From Burkholderiales bacterium (GTDB lineage: Bacteria > Pseudomonadota > Gammaproteobacteria > Burkholderiales > JACQAP01), in assembly GCA_046155535.1 (NCBI GenBank), contig JBJXFN010000131.1:6699-70698 (forward strand): a stretch of 64,000 nt of DNA, written 5' to 3'. The notes under the pieces were generated by a model. The model did not search any database. It worked only from the letters and a program-made list of their open reading frames with translations, and was not told where the DNA came from. Numbering within the stretch: the stretch's first letter is position 1; each line of letters begins with the position of its first letter. The position numbers and the translations under genes are program-made. Of the stretch, positions 1 to 10,333 are shown in pieces.

Positions 1-160
1 GCGCTCCCCTCGGGAACGTCACCTGGGGAGTGTTTCGCAAGTGTTGATATTTGCAGCGGTGAATTGCCGTGTTCCGCCTCCACGATTTCGTTTTTCAAGG
101 TACGCGTGTTCAGAACGGACACACCGGCATTGCTGCGAATCGGAAAAATTTCAATAGTCG

Positions 161-1054
161 ATGTACTTCAACCATTTTGCATTGCGCGAACCCCCGTTCG
201 GCCTGACGCCCGACACCAGCTTCGTATTTGCCTGTACTCCTCACCAGGAAGCCCTGAACACTTTGCTGGTCGCGGTGGCCAACGGAGAGGGGTTCATGAA
301 GATTACCGGGGAGGTGGGGACCGGCAAGACGTTGTTGTGCCGTCGGTTCCTGGCGCAACTGAACAGCGAGTATGTGTCGGCCTATGTTCCCAATCCCCTG
401 CTGGATCCGCACGGATTGTTACTGGCACTCGCCGAGGAATTGCGTCTGCCGGTCGATCGCGACGCCGGCCAGCCGGCCCTGCTCAAGGCGCTGAATCTGG
501 CGTTGCTCGATCATGCGCGTGCCGGCCGCCGGGTGGTGGTGTGCCTGGACGAGGCGCAGGCGATGCCGCTGGAAACGCTCGAGTCCCTGCGACTGCTGTC
601 GAATCTAGAAACCGAAAAACGCAAATTGTTCCAGGTGGTCCTGTTCGGGCAGCCCGAACTGGATGCCAAGCTTTCCCACCCTTCGGTGCGACAACTGCAA
701 CAGCGCATTTCGTTTCAATATCGGCTCGGGCCCCTGGCGGGCAGTGAAATCGAGTATTACGTGGCCCATCGCCTGCGGATGGCGGGTTATGTGGGAGACC
801 GCCTGTTTACGCGCGGTGCACTGCGCGCCTTGTTTCGCGCCAGCGGCGGGGTGCCCAGGCTGGTGAACGTGATGTCACACAAGGCCATGTTGGCGGCGTT
901 TGGCGAGGGCCGCCATTACGTGTCGGCCAGGCATATCAAGCAGGCCGCAAGCGATACCCCGGCCGCACGTGTGTCGCGACCAACACTGATTTGGGGAGGC
1001 GCCGTCTTCGCTTTCTTGGCGGCCTCGGCGTTGCTGTGGTATCTGGTCCGATGA
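161..1054 (+). CDS. ExeA/MshM-family AAA+ ATPase (secretion/pilus biogenesis protein A-like)
   Basis: 297-aa ORF. Walker A GEVGTGKT and Walker B-like VVVCLDEAQ, with a hydrophobic C-terminal segment. Resembles ExeA/GspA/MshM. Its stop overlaps the next start (ATGA at 1051). Confidence 0.8.
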   Translation: MYFNHFALREPPFGLTPDTSFVFACTPHQEALNTLLVAVANGEGFMKITGEVGTGKTLLCRRFLAQLNSEYVSAYVPNPLLDPHGLLLALAEELRLPVDRDAGQPALLKALNLALLDHARAGRRVVVCLDEAQAMPLETLESLRLLSNLETEKRKLFQVVLFGQPELDAKLSHPSVRQLQQRISFQYRLGPLAGSEIEYYVAHRLRMAGYVGDRLFTRGALRALFRASGGVPRLVNVMSHKAMLAAFGEGRHYVSARHIKQAASDTPAARVSRPTLIWGGAVFAFLAASALLWYLVR

Positions 1055-2286
1055 GTCTGATCAATCAGGTCCTGCAGGATCTGGAAAAGCGCCACGCCTC
1101 CGGGCCGGCGCTCAAATCCCTGCCTCCACAAGTGCGTGCGGTGCCTGCATTTTCCGGCAATGGCGGACGCAAAGCAGTGCTGGTGATTGTATTGGCGTTG
1201 GTGGCGGCACTGGCATGGATTATCTACATCCAGCACGGCGCGGATGGCCCCACCCGGCACACCGAGTCCATGCCGATCCGCGTTCCTCCACCGTTGGCCA
1301 AGGAGCCATCGGCACCCCTGCCTGCAACGGAAGCTGCGATCAAGGAACCGCAATTCAACCCGGTCTCGCGGCTCTCCGACGGTTTGGAGAAGGTCTCTCC
1401 TCGAGAAGCGGTGGCAACAAAACCGCCGGCCAGTCGCAAGAAACCGCCGCCCGCGAAAACATTGTCCACGGAGTCAATCGGGGCCCCCGCACCCGCAGTG
1501 CAGACCGGTTCGCTGCCGGCGTCCCCGGCCGAAATCGTGTTGGCCCTGACCGCCGACACGCCGCTACCAGCCCTGGACGTTCCCGCAAAAAGAGCGGCGC
1601 CCGGGCAGGGGGCTGGCGCGGGGGAAGCGCCTTCGGTTGCACAGGTGCCGGTACCGGACCCGGGTTTGCCCACCATCAACAAGCAGATGCGTGAATTGAC
1701 GTCGATGGAACGCGCAGAGTTGGCTTTTCGCAAAGGGGCGGCGCAATTGCAGGAAGGCAGGGCAAACGTCGCCGAATTGGCCTTTCGCGATGCCCTGAAG
1801 GAAGATGCCCAGCATGCGTCCGCGCGCCAGGCGTTGCTCGGACTGTTGCTCGAAAGCGGCCGCTCCAGCGAGGCCGAACAGCTATTGCGCGACGCCATCG
1901 AACTCAATCCCCGTCAGCCGCGTTACGCGATGATGCTGGCACGCATTCAGACCGGGCGCGGAGACGTCTCGGGCGGCATCAATACCTTGGCTGCAGCGCT
2001 GCCTTACGTGCAATCAGATGCCGATTATTTCGCCTTTCTTGCGGCGTTGCTGCAAAAGGAAGGCCGCCATCGCGAGGCAACCGATTATTATCGTGCCGCA
2101 TTGCACACCGTCCCGGGCAACGGGATCTGGATGATGGGCATGGCAATTTCCCTGCGCGCGGCCAATTTGATTCCCGAGGCACGCGACGCCTTTCAGCGCG
2201 CCCTGGATTCCCGGCAGCTCAAGCCGGAGCTGAAGGATTTTGTGGAGCGTCAGTTGCGCGAATTGTCCGCGCTCAAGAAACCGTGA
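1051..2286 (+). CDS. MshN-like membrane-anchored TPR protein
   Basis: ATG at 1051 inside the listed ORF 991..2286. N-terminus MSLINQVLQDLEKR, one TM segment (VLVIVLALVAALAWIIYI), a Pro/Ala-rich linker and C-terminal TPR-like repeats. Translationally coupled to the ExeA-like gene. Confidence 0.65.
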   Translation: MSLINQVLQDLEKRHASGPALKSLPPQVRAVPAFSGNGGRKAVLVIVLALVAALAWIIYIQHGADGPTRHTESMPIRVPPPLAKEPSAPLPATEAAIKEPQFNPVSRLSDGLEKVSPREAVATKPPASRKKPPPAKTLSTESIGAPAPAVQTGSLPASPAEIVLALTADTPLPALDVPAKRAAPGQGAGAGEAPSVAQVPVPDPGLPTINKQMRELTSMERAELAFRKGAAQLQEGRANVAELAFRDALKEDAQHASARQALLGLLLESGRSSEAEQLLRDAIELNPRQPRYAMMLARIQTGRGDVSGGINTLAAALPYVQSDADYFAFLAALLQKEGRHREATDYYRAALHTVPGNGIWMMGMAISLRAANLIPEARDAFQRALDSRQLKPELKDFVERQLRELSALKKP

Positions 2287-2287
2287 T

Positions 2288-3004
2288 CTACGCCGGCCGC
2301 GGTGTGCGCGCTACGACCCATCCGATGACCGAGCGCGCGCCCTGCCGCTTGAGCGTTTTAGCCACTTCGTGCATGGTTGCGCCGGTGGTCAGCACGTCAT
2401 CCACCACGGCAATGTCCAATTCCCGCAGGTCCTGGTCGCACAAGTAGGCGTTGCGCACATTGGCTGCGCGCATTTTCCATGGCAATGAGGCTTGTGCCGC
2501 GCTGTGACGCGGTCGCCGGCACAAGTTGGCGTTGAGGCGCAGACCAAAATCCGCCGCCACGATGCGGGCAATTTCCTTTGCCTGATTGAATCCGCGTTCG
2601 GCCAGGCGTTGCGCCGACAAGGGCATCGGGATCACCAGATCTGGATAAGGCTCCGATTCGAGCCGGTCGGCGAGAATCTGCGCGAGCGGACGGGCGCAGG
2701 CGAGCTGACCGCGGTATTTCAATCCCTGCACCAGCAGATCCACCGGATACTCGTAGACCAGCGCGGCACAAATTTTGTCATAAGCCGGCGGATGCTTCAG
2801 GCAGCGACCACACGTTTCGGCGAGTGGGCCGGGCGCGGCGCAAAGCGGGCAATGCGTCGCAGGCAGCCGCACAAGACTGCTGTGGCAGGCCGGACATAGC
2901 CCGCTTGGATCCGCCTTCGCCGCGCACAGTAGACAGGCAGCGGCGGTCCAGCGGCGCATCAGCGCCAGGCAGTCGTCAAAAAAAGTATTCTCAAAATTTG
3001 ACAA
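2288..3004 (-). CDS. comF: ComF-family protein (phosphoribosyltransferase domain)
   Basis: N-terminal Cys pairs (CLLC, CPAC, CPLC, CGRC) and a C-terminal PRTase motif (VVDDVLTTGATM). The start is uncertain: TTG at 3004 or ATG at 2959. Confidence 0.8.
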   Translation of the reverse strand: MSNFENTFFDDCLALMRRWTAAACLLCAAKADPSGLCPACHSSLVRLPATHCPLCAAPGPLAETCGRCLKHPPAYDKICAALVYEYPVDLLVQGLKYRGQLACARPLAQILADRLESEPYPDLVIPMPLSAQRLAERGFNQAKEIARIVAADFGLRLNANLCRRPRHSAAQASLPWKMRAANVRNAYLCDQDLRELDIAVVDDVLTTGATMHEVAKTLKRQGARSVIGWVVARTPRPA

Positions 3005-3057
3005 AGAAATCGTCTTCCCCGAGCATCGCAGCTTAGTAATTTCCCTCGAACAACAGG

Positions 3058-4068
3058 ATGTCTTCCATCATGCTGCACTCTCTGGCAGAAACTCAACCCG
3101 CCACGATCGAGCCCCCGCATTCCGGCAACTGCTGGAGCCAGGCCCAGGTCGCGGCATTGCTGGACCTGCCGTTTCCCGACCTGATGTTTCGGGCGCAGCA
3201 GGTGCATCGCGAGCATTTCGCACCGAATGAAGTGCAGTTATCAACATTGTTGTCCATCAAGACCGGGGGCTGTCCGGAGGACTGTGGGTATTGTCCGCAG
3301 GCAGCGCGTTACCACACTGGGGTGGAGAACCAGCCGCTGATGTCCGTGGAGGAGGTGGTGCGTGCCGCCCGCGAGGCAAAGCAGCAGGGGGCGTCGCGTT
3401 TTTGCATGGGTGCGGCCTGGCGTGGTCCCAAAGATCGCGACCTCGAGAAGGTGGCGGACATGGTCCGCGAAGTTCGGGCATTGGGACTGGAGACCTGCGC
3501 GACGCTGGGCATGCTCAAGACCGGGCAGGCGGAAACGCTGGCGGAGGCCGGGTTGGACTACTACAACCACAATCTGGACACCGATCCAGATTTCTACCCG
3601 GAAATTGTCACCACGCGGGGGCAGGACGCCAGGCTGGATACGCTGAAAAAGGTTCGCGCGGCGGGGATCCACGTTTGCTGCGGCGGCATCGTTGGCATGG
3701 GGGAGTCCCGTGCCAGCCGCGCCGCCTTGATTGCGCAACTGGCGAATCTCGATCCGTATCCCGAGAGTGTGCCCATCAACAATCTGGTCCAGGTCGCAGG
3801 CACCCCTTTGTACGGCACCCGGAAACTGGATCCGTTCGAGTTTGTGCGCGCCATTGCCGCAGCGCGCATCACCATGCCGACGGCGATGGTACGGCTGTCC
3901 GCAGGTCGAGAAGACATGTCGGACGAAATGCAGGCATTGTGTTTTCTGGCCGGTGCCAATTCGATTTTTTACGGCGAAAAACTGCTGACGACTGCCAATC
4001 CGCAAACCGAGCGAGATCGAGGCTTGTTCGAACGACTCGACTTGCGCGCCATGCCGGCGCGTGACTGA
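3058..4068 (+). CDS. bioB: biotin synthase
   Basis: Radical-SAM motif [10 protein letters not shown]. Full-length similarity to BioB. Heads a bio operon. Confidence 0.93.
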   Translation: MSSIMLHSLAETQPATIEPPHSGNCWSQAQVAALLDLPFPDLMFRAQQVHREHFAPNEVQLSTLLSIKTGGCPEDCGYCPQAARYHTGVENQPLMSVEEVVRAAREAKQQGASRFCMGAAWRGPKDRDLEKVADMVREVRALGLETCATLGMLKTGQAETLAEAGLDYYNHNLDTDPDFYPEIVTTRGQDARLDTLKKVRAAGIHVCCGGIVGMGESRASRAALIAQLANLDPYPESVPINNLVQVAGTPLYGTRKLDPFEFVRAIAAARITMPTAMVRLSAGREDMSDEMQALCFLAGANSIFYGEKLLTTANPQTERDRGLFERLDLRAMPARD

Positions 4069-4144
4069 GCGGTCGCTTCGTCCTCGCCGTCCGAGCGGGA
4101 TTCCCGATATCGCGCTGGCGAACCGGAGTTTCGCGTAATCATCC

Positions 4145-5299
4145 ATGCGTGATGTTTCCACTGCATTGGCCGCAATTGCGGACGCCGGACTCACGCGTCA
4201 TCGCCGAACGCTGGATTCGGCACAAGGCGCGCACGTCTACATGCAGAACCGGGCATTTCTGTCCTTCTCCAGCAACGATTATCTAGGCCTGGCGGCCGAT
4301 CCCCGGATCGCCGAGGCCCTGTGCGAGGGGGCGCGCCGTTTCGGCGCCGGGGCGGGGGCGTCGCATCTGTCCAGCGGTCATCATCGCGCACACGACGTAC
4401 TGGAAGCGGATTTGGCTGCGCTGGTGCGACAGCCGCGCGCCTTGTTGTTTTCCTCCGGTTATCTGGCCAATTTGGCGGCGGTGACCACATTGGCCGGACC
4501 GGGCTGCGAAATTTTTGCCGATCGCTTGAATCATGCATCCCTCAACGATGCGATGGTCTTGTCGCGGGCCAGATTTCGTCGTTACCCGCATGGCGATGTA
4601 CAGGCGCTCGCGCGCCTGATGGAGAATTCCGCCGCCGCACACAAACTTGTGCTCACGGATGCTGTGTTCAGCATGGATGGAGACCTGGCGCCTTTGCGCG
4701 AACTGACCGCTTTGTGTGCGCGGCAAGGCGCGCAAATGCTGGTGGACGATGCCCACGGTTTCGGCGTGCTCGGCGAGGGTAGCGGTGCCCTCGTGCATGC
4801 CGGGGTTCGTTCCGCTGACGTTGTGTATATGGGCACGCTCGGTAAAGCGGCAGGCGTCAGCGGCGCATTTGTAGCAGGTAGCGCGGAATTGATCGAATTG
4901 CTCATTCAGCGCGCGCGAAGTTATGTCTATACCACCGCCGGTCCGCCGGCGTTGGCGACGGCTTTGCACAAAAGTCTGGAATTGATCCGTCTGGAAGCCT
5001 GGCGTCGCGAACACCTGCGCGAGCTGGGCTTGCAGCTTTCGGCAGAACTGAAACTGAAGCACTGGCGATTGTTGCCTTCGGCCTCGGCGATTCACCCAAT
5101 CGTCATCGGGGACAATGCCCGGGCTGTCGCCGCCAGCCAGTGGCTGGAAACGCAAGGCTTGCTGGTGCCGGCGATCCGGCCGCCAACGGTTCCGGCAGGG
5201 ACTGCACGCCTGCGCATTTCCCTGTCTGCCGGACATTCGCCGGCAGATGTTTCGCGCCTGATCGATACCCTGCATGCCGCCGAGGCGGCGCAGGCATGA
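4145..5299 (+). CDS. bioF: 8-amino-7-oxononanoate synthase
   Basis: 384-aa PLP-dependent class II aminotransferase-like protein (SNDYLGL, GTLGKAAG lysine motif). Sits between bioB and bioC. Confidence 0.9.
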   Translation: MRDVSTALAAIADAGLTRHRRTLDSAQGAHVYMQNRAFLSFSSNDYLGLAADPRIAEALCEGARRFGAGAGASHLSSGHHRAHDVLEADLAALVRQPRALLFSSGYLANLAAVTTLAGPGCEIFADRLNHASLNDAMVLSRARFRRYPHGDVQALARLMENSAAAHKLVLTDAVFSMDGDLAPLRELTALCARQGAQMLVDDAHGFGVLGEGSGALVHAGVRSADVVYMGTLGKAAGVSGAFVAGSAELIELLIQRARSYVYTTAGPPALATALHKSLELIRLEAWRREHLRELGLQLSAELKLKHWRLLPSASAIHPIVIGDNARAVAASQWLETQGLLVPAIRPPTVPAGTARLRISLSAGHSPADVSRLIDTLHAAEAAQA

Positions 5300-6219
5300 A
5301 CCCGGACAACAGGGTAGACAAACGCGCGCTGCGGCGTGCGTTCGGGCGCGCCGCGCCCACCTACGAAATCGCGGCCGTGCTCCAGGAAACGGTGGGCGCG
5401 AGGGCACTGGAAAGATTGCAGTGGGTAAAGGTGGATCCGTTGGTGATTCTGGATGCCGGCAGCGGCGTCGGTGGCAGCGCGCCGGCATTGGCGACACGGT
5501 TTCCGCGTGCCACTGTGGTGCAAATGGAAATCGCGCCGGAAATGCTGGGTCAGGCGCGCGCGCGATGGCTCGACAAACGCTACCGCGGATTTGGAAGACT
5601 CCTGCAAAAATTCCTGCCGCGGATGTCTTGGTTGACCCGTGGCGGAGGACGGCAGGTTTTTCTGTGCGGGGACAACGAACAGATGTCGCTGCGCTCCACG
5701 TCCGTGGATCTGCTGTGGTCCAACCTGTCTTTTCAATGGGCCAACAAGCTGGAATCGGTCTTCAGCGAATGTCGCCGGGTATTGCGACCCGGCGGATTGC
5801 TGATGTTTTCCACCCTGGGTCCGGATACCCTCAAGGAATTGCGCCAGGCGTTCGCGGCCGATGCGACATTTGCACATGTCCATCGTTTTCCCGACATGCA
5901 CGATGTGGGGGATTTTCTGGTGCAGGCAGGGTTTGGCGATCCGGTCATGGACATGGAGACCTTGACGCTGACTTATAGTGACCTCAACGGACTCCTGAAA
6001 GATTTGAAGGCAAACGGCGCGCAATATGCCGGTCCCGATCGACGGCGCGGACTGGCCAGCCGAAAAATCATGGCGCAGGCGGCGCAAGGCTACGAGCGTT
6101 TTCGCGATGCCGGGCGCCTGCCTGCCACCTTCGAGGTGATCTACGGCCACGCCTGGAAATCTGGGCCACGCACCGGGCCTGGTGGCCGGCCGGTCATCGA
6201 CATCCAGTTGCGCAGATAG
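5296..6219 (+). CDS. bioC: malonyl-ACP O-methyltransferase
   Basis: ATG at 5296 overlaps the bioF stop (ATGA). Has the N-terminal FGRAAPTYE motif, the SAM motif ILDAGSGVG and the WSNLSFQW motif typical of BioC. Confidence 0.85.
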   Translation: MNPDNRVDKRALRRAFGRAAPTYEIAAVLQETVGARALERLQWVKVDPLVILDAGSGVGGSAPALATRFPRATVVQMEIAPEMLGQARARWLDKRYRGFGRLLQKFLPRMSWLTRGGGRQVFLCGDNEQMSLRSTSVDLLWSNLSFQWANKLESVFSECRRVLRPGGLLMFSTLGPDTLKELRQAFAADATFAHVHRFPDMHDVGDFLVQAGFGDPVMDMETLTLTYSDLNGLLKDLKANGAQYAGPDRRRGLASRKIMAQAAQGYERFRDAGRLPATFEVIYGHAWKSGPRTGPGGRPVIDIQLRR

Positions 6220-6227
6220 AGTTGACA

Positions 6228-6962
6228 ATGCCGCCCGCCCCCCTGGCTGGACCACTCCCATCGTCGGAAACAAAAGGAATTTTTGTCACCGGCACTGATA
6301 CCGGCGTCGGCAAGACAAGGGTGGCCACGCTATTGCTGCGCGAGTTTGCAAGCAGGGGATGGCGAGTTGTTGGTATGAAGCCGGTCGCGGCAGGTGCGCT
6401 GCGTACACCCAAAGGGCTGTGCAACGAAGATGTGGAAGCGCTGACTGAGGCGTCGAATGTGAGGGCGTCGCGGGACCTGGTCAATCCCTATTGTTTCGAG
6501 CCGCCTTTGGCGCCGCACCTGGCGGCGGAGATGGCTGGCACGCCTATCCGGATCGAGATAATTACCCGGGCCTATGCAGCGTTGGCGGCCCGGACGGATC
6601 TGGTTGTGGTCGAAGGCGCCGGCGGATTGCTGGTGCCGCTGGATGCAGACCGGGATTTCGCGGATCTCGCGCAAGCCCTGGCGCTTCCGTTGGTACTGGT
6701 TGTGGGTATGCGTCTGGGATGTCTGAACCACGCCTTGTTAAGTGCTGACGTAGCAAACCGGCGCGGATTGTCCCTGGTTGCCTGGGTCGCCAACACCCTG
6801 GATCCGGACATGCTGGTATTCGATCGCAATCTCGAGACCCTGCAGCATCGCTTGCCCATGCCCTTGCTCGGCGTAGTCCCGTACGGTCCGTCCGACACGC
6901 AGTCCAAAGGCCCAAACTGGAATCTGGATCTGCTGACTTCCCGGTCCCTGGCTGACCACTGA
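6228..6962 (+). CDS. bioD: dethiobiotin synthase
   Basis: P-loop GIFVTGTDTGVGKT. Last gene of the bio operon. Start is ATG 6228 (TTG 6222 is also possible). Confidence 0.88.
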   Translation: MPPAPLAGPLPSSETKGIFVTGTDTGVGKTRVATLLLREFASRGWRVVGMKPVAAGALRTPKGLCNEDVEALTEASNVRASRDLVNPYCFEPPLAPHLAAEMAGTPIRIEIITRAYAALAARTDLVVVEGAGGLLVPLDADRDFADLAQALALPLVLVVGMRLGCLNHALLSADVANRRGLSLVAWVANTLDPDMLVFDRNLETLQHRLPMPLLGVVPYGPSDTQSKGPNWNLDLLTSRSLADH

Positions 6963-7080
6963 CCCCTTGCGCGCCTGCCCTTTCTTGCTATGCCCTCGGC
7001 GCTTATGCGACAATCCGCCGCGCCAAAAAAGACGGGCGACAGGGCCTGCGAGGATCCAGCCCAGCGCGGAGACAAGGCAG

Positions 7081-7569
7081 ATGGAAGCGTTGGGTGTGGA
7101 CGCCGAGATTGTGCAAGGGGAGGTAAATTTCCGGTTTGCCGCGCAGAGAAATCGTTCTCTATCGCCCGGCGGATGTTTTCTGGTGATCGGATCCCTTGGT
7201 GTGTTGTTCCTGGCCGTGTCTGCGGGGTTTGCAGCATACGGGGCGTGGCTGATTTTGCCGTTCGCCGGTCTGGATTTTCTCGGGTTGTGCCTGGCATTTT
7301 GGGTGATACGGGGCCGATCCCACGATTTCGAATGCATCTCCATTCGTGGAGAGCGGCTCGTGATTGAACGCCGCGAGAACGGCAGGGATAGCCGCTTCGA
7401 ATTCAATCGCCATTGGGTACAGGTAATTTTGGAGGATTCCGGCGGGCGGCGGGGCGCCAGACTGGCGTTGCGCTCCCACGGGCGGGAAGTGGAGTTCGGC
7501 GCCCACCTGAGCGCGTTGCAGCGCACGGCGATGGCGCGGCAACTCAGGCAACGGCTGAGTATTCGTTGA
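7081..7569 (+). CDS. DUF2244-family membrane protein (cytochrome oxidase cluster-associated)
   Basis: ATG at 7081 inside ORF 6967..7569. Two TM helices followed by a small soluble domain. Occupies the typical position just upstream of coxB. Confidence 0.7.
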   Translation: MEALGVDAEIVQGEVNFRFAAQRNRSLSPGGCFLVIGSLGVLFLAVSAGFAAYGAWLILPFAGLDFLGLCLAFWVIRGRSHDFECISIRGERLVIERRENGRDSRFEFNRHWVQVILEDSGGRRGARLALRSHGREVEFGAHLSALQRTAMARQLRQRLSIR

Positions 7570-7595
7570 TACGGCGGCACACATTTGGGGGAAGC

Positions 7596-8681
7596 ATGAT
7601 GTTCAAGATTTTGCAGAAAATCGGCGCAGCAGCAATGCTGGCGATGGTGTCAGGGACGGCGGCCGCGCAGGCCCGCTACAACTTCCAGGATCCGCAAACT
7701 GAAGTTGCCCGGCAAATGTACGACCTGCACACCATCGTGCTGGTGATCTGCCTGGTGATTTTTGTCGGCGTGTTCGGCTTCATGTTCTATTCGGTGATCA
7801 AACACCGTAAATCGGTCGGGCACCAGGCAGCGCAATTTCACGAACACACCACCGTCGAGGTCATCTGGACGGTCATACCCTTCTTCATTTTGATCGCAAT
7901 GGCCTTTCCCGCCACCAAGTCCGTGTTGGCGATGCGCGACACCTCCTCGCCGGAATTGACCATCAAGGTCACCGGATACCAATGGAAGTGGGGCTACGAA
8001 TATCTGAAGGGCGAAGGCGATCTGGCGGGCACCGCCGACGGCATCAAGGTTTACAGCGTACTGTCCACGCCCCAGGAACAGATTTATGGTAACGCGCCCA
8101 AGGGCGAACATTATCTCCTGGAAGTTGACAACAACCTGATTGTTCCGGTGGGCAAGAAAGTGCGCGTGCTGGTGACGGCCGCGGACGTTATTCACGCATG
8201 GTGGGTGCCTGCCTTCGGTGTCAAACAGGATGCCGTGCCGGGTTTCATCCGCGATGCCTGGTTCCGCGTAGATAAGCCGGGGATTTACCGTGGCCAGTGT
8301 GCGGAGTTATGTGGCAAGGAACATGGTTTCATGCCGGTAGTGGTCGAGGCGGTCGAGCCGGAAAAGTTCGCGGCGTGGGCTGCTGAGCAAAAAGGCACCA
8401 AGGCAGCGACGACGGGTGCAGCGGTCCCGGTGGCAACAGGGGGCGGCAACACAGGGGCCTACGAGAAGAATTGTGCGATCTGCCACAAGGACGGCATTGC
8501 CGGTGCGCCCAAATTCGGTGACAAGGCAGCCTGGGCACCGCGTATCGCGACCGGCCAGGCCGCGCTTTACACCAGCGCCTTGAAGGGCAAGAACGCCATG
8601 CCGCCCAAGGGCGGAATGTTGGATCTGCCGGATGCCGAGGTGAAGGCTGCGGTGGACTACATGGTCAAGGCAGCCAAATAG
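7596..8681 (+). CDS. coxB: cytochrome c oxidase subunit II with C-terminal cytochrome c domain
   Basis: ATG at 7596 (MMFKILQK signal/TM). CuA site HAWWVPAFGVKQD and CAELCGKEHGFM. C-terminal CXXCH (CAICH) with an AMPPKGG Met ligand. Confidence 0.92.
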   Translation: MMFKILQKIGAAAMLAMVSGTAAAQARYNFQDPQTEVARQMYDLHTIVLVICLVIFVGVFGFMFYSVIKHRKSVGHQAAQFHEHTTVEVIWTVIPFFILIAMAFPATKSVLAMRDTSSPELTIKVTGYQWKWGYEYLKGEGDLAGTADGIKVYSVLSTPQEQIYGNAPKGEHYLLEVDNNLIVPVGKKVRVLVTAADVIHAWWVPAFGVKQDAVPGFIRDAWFRVDKPGIYRGQCAELCGKEHGFMPVVVEAVEPEKFAAWAAEQKGTKAATTGAAVPVATGGGNTGAYEKNCAICHKDGIAGAPKFGDKAAWAPRIATGQAALYTSALKGKNAMPPKGGMLDLPDAEVKAAVDYMVKAAK

Positions 8682-8737
8682 CATCGGGCAAGGCGCATTT
8701 CCGGCCGTTACATCGAGACATATCAGGAGAAATCAAC

Positions 8738-10333
8738 ATGAGTGCAACCGTCGATCACGCACACGGGCATGACCACGCACACGGTCATGACCATGTACCC
8801 AGTGGCTTCATGCGTTACGTCACGACGACCAACCACAAGGACATTGGCACCCTTTACCTGTGGTTCAGTTTCATCATGTTTATGACCGGCGGCGCCATGG
8901 CCATGGTCATTCGTGCGGAATTGTTCCAGCCGGGCATGCAGGTGGTGAATCCGGAACTGTTCAACCAGATGACCACGCTGCACGGCCTGATCATGGTGTT
9001 TGGCGCGATCATGCCGGCCTTTGTCGGCTTCGCAAACTGGCTGATTCCGATGCAGATCGGCGCGCCCGACATGGCGTTTCCAAGGTTGAACAACTGGAGT
9101 TTCTGGCTGCTGCCCCCGGCGGCCGCCCTGCTGGTGATTTCCCTGTTTGTTCCCGGCGGCGCGGCCGGCGCGGGTTGGACGCTTTACGCGCCGCTCACGG
9201 TGCAGCAGGGCATCGGCATGGACCTGACGATCTTTGCCATCCATATTCTCGGCATGTCCTCGATCATGGGCTCGATCAACATCATCACCACGATCCTGAA
9301 TCTGCGCGCGCCAGGCATGACGCTCATGAAAATGCCGCTGTTCGTGTGGACCTGGCTGATTACTGCCTATTTGCTGGTGGCCGTGATGCCGGTGCTGGCC
9401 GGGGCGGTGACCATGACGCTGACGGACCGGCATTTCGGCACACACTTTTTCAACGCGGCCGGTGGCGGGGATCCGGTGCTGTTTCAGCACATATTCTGGT
9501 TCTTCGGCCATCCTGAGGTCTACATCATCGCGATTCCTGCGTTTGGCGTCGTTTCGCAGGTGATCCCGGCGTTTTCGCGCAAACCGCTGTTTGGCTATAC
9601 CTCCATGGTGTACGCCACCGCTTCAATTGCGATCCTGTCCTTCCTGGTCTGGGCGCATCACATGTACACCAGCGGTCTGCCAATGACCGCCCAGCTTTAT
9701 TTCATGTACGCGACCATGCTGATCGCGGTGCCCACGGGCGTCAAAGTCTTCAACTGGGTGGCAACCATGTGGAAAGGTTCGCTGACATTCGAAACCCCGA
9801 TGCTCTTCGCTCTGGGCTTCCTGTTCCTGTTCACGCTGGGCGGCTTCAGCGGACTGGTGCTCGCGATTGTCCCGGTGGACATCAACCTGCATGACACCTA
9901 CTACGTGGTTGCCCATTTCCACTACGTCATGGTGGCAGGCGCCTTGTTTTCCGCCTTTGCCGGCATCTACTTCTGGCTGCCGAAATGGACCGGGAAAATG
10001 TACAACGAAACGCTGGGCAAATGGCATTTCTGGCTGTCGATGATTTTTTTCAACATGATTTTCTTCGTGCAGCATTTTCTGGGGCTGGCGGGCATGCCGC
10101 GCCGGATTCCGGATTACGCCACCCAGTTTGCCGACTTCAACAAGATTTCTTCGATCGGTGCATTCGGCTTCGGACTGACCCAGTTGTTGTTCCTGTACAT
10201 CGTTCTGAACTGTATTCGCAGCGGCGAAAAGTCGCCCCAGAAACCCTGGGATGGTGCCGATTCTCTGGAGTGGACCCATTTGCCCACCCCGGCGCCTTAC
10301 CACAGTTTTGAAACGCCACCGACGGTGAAGTGA
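8738..10333 (+). CDS. ctaD: cytochrome c oxidase subunit I
   Basis: 531-aa polytopic protein with heme-copper oxidase subunit I motifs (WFFGHPEVY, HHMYT, VAHFHYV). Confidence 0.95.
   Translation: MSATVDHAHGHDHAHGHDHVPSGFMRYVTTTNHKDIGTLYLWFSFIMFMTGGAMAMVIRAELFQPGMQVVNPELFNQMTTLHGLIMVFGAIMPAFVGFANWLIPMQIGAPDMAFPRLNNWSFWLLPPAAALLVISLFVPGGAAGAGWTLYAPLTVQQGIGMDLTIFAIHILGMSSIMGSINIITTILNLRAPGMTLMKMPLFVWTWLITAYLLVAVMPVLAGAVTMTLTDRHFGTHFFNAAGGGDPVLFQHIFWFFGHPEVYIIAIPAFGVVSQVIPAFSRKPLFGYTSMVYATASIAILSFLVWAHHMYTSGLPMTAQLYFMYATMLIAVPTGVKVFNWVATMWKGSLTFETPMLFALGFLFLFTLGGFSGLVLAIVPVDINLHDTYYVVAHFHYVMVAGALFSAFAGIYFWLPKWTGKMYNETLGKWHFWLSMIFFNMIFFVQHFLGLAGMPRRIPDYATQFADFNKISSIGAFGFGLTQLLFLYIVLNCIRSGEKSPQKPWDGADSLEWTHLPTPAPYHSFETPPTVK

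Noticed and set aside
64-747. 227-aa ORF at the left edge (and 110..412 on the minus strand) overlapping the ExeA-like gene.
   Set aside because: It is an out-of-frame overlap with a gene that has a clear Walker A/B signature. Its composition is Arg/Gly/Pro-rich noise.
3058-6962. The bio operon bioB-F-C-D lacks bioA and a pimeloyl-ACP methyl ester esterase (bioH-type). BioC also carries a ~30-aa insertion relative to E. coli BioC.
   Set aside because: bioA and the esterase are frequently encoded elsewhere, and the esterase is non-orthologously replaced in many lineages. From memory, the insertion looks like a lineage-typical feature. This is not evidence of anything unusual without a whole-genome view.
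7596-8681. Fusion of a cytochrome c domain (CAICH) to oxidase subunit II.
   Set aside because: This is a well-known caa3-type or CoxB-cytochrome c arrangement. It is noted in the feature table only.
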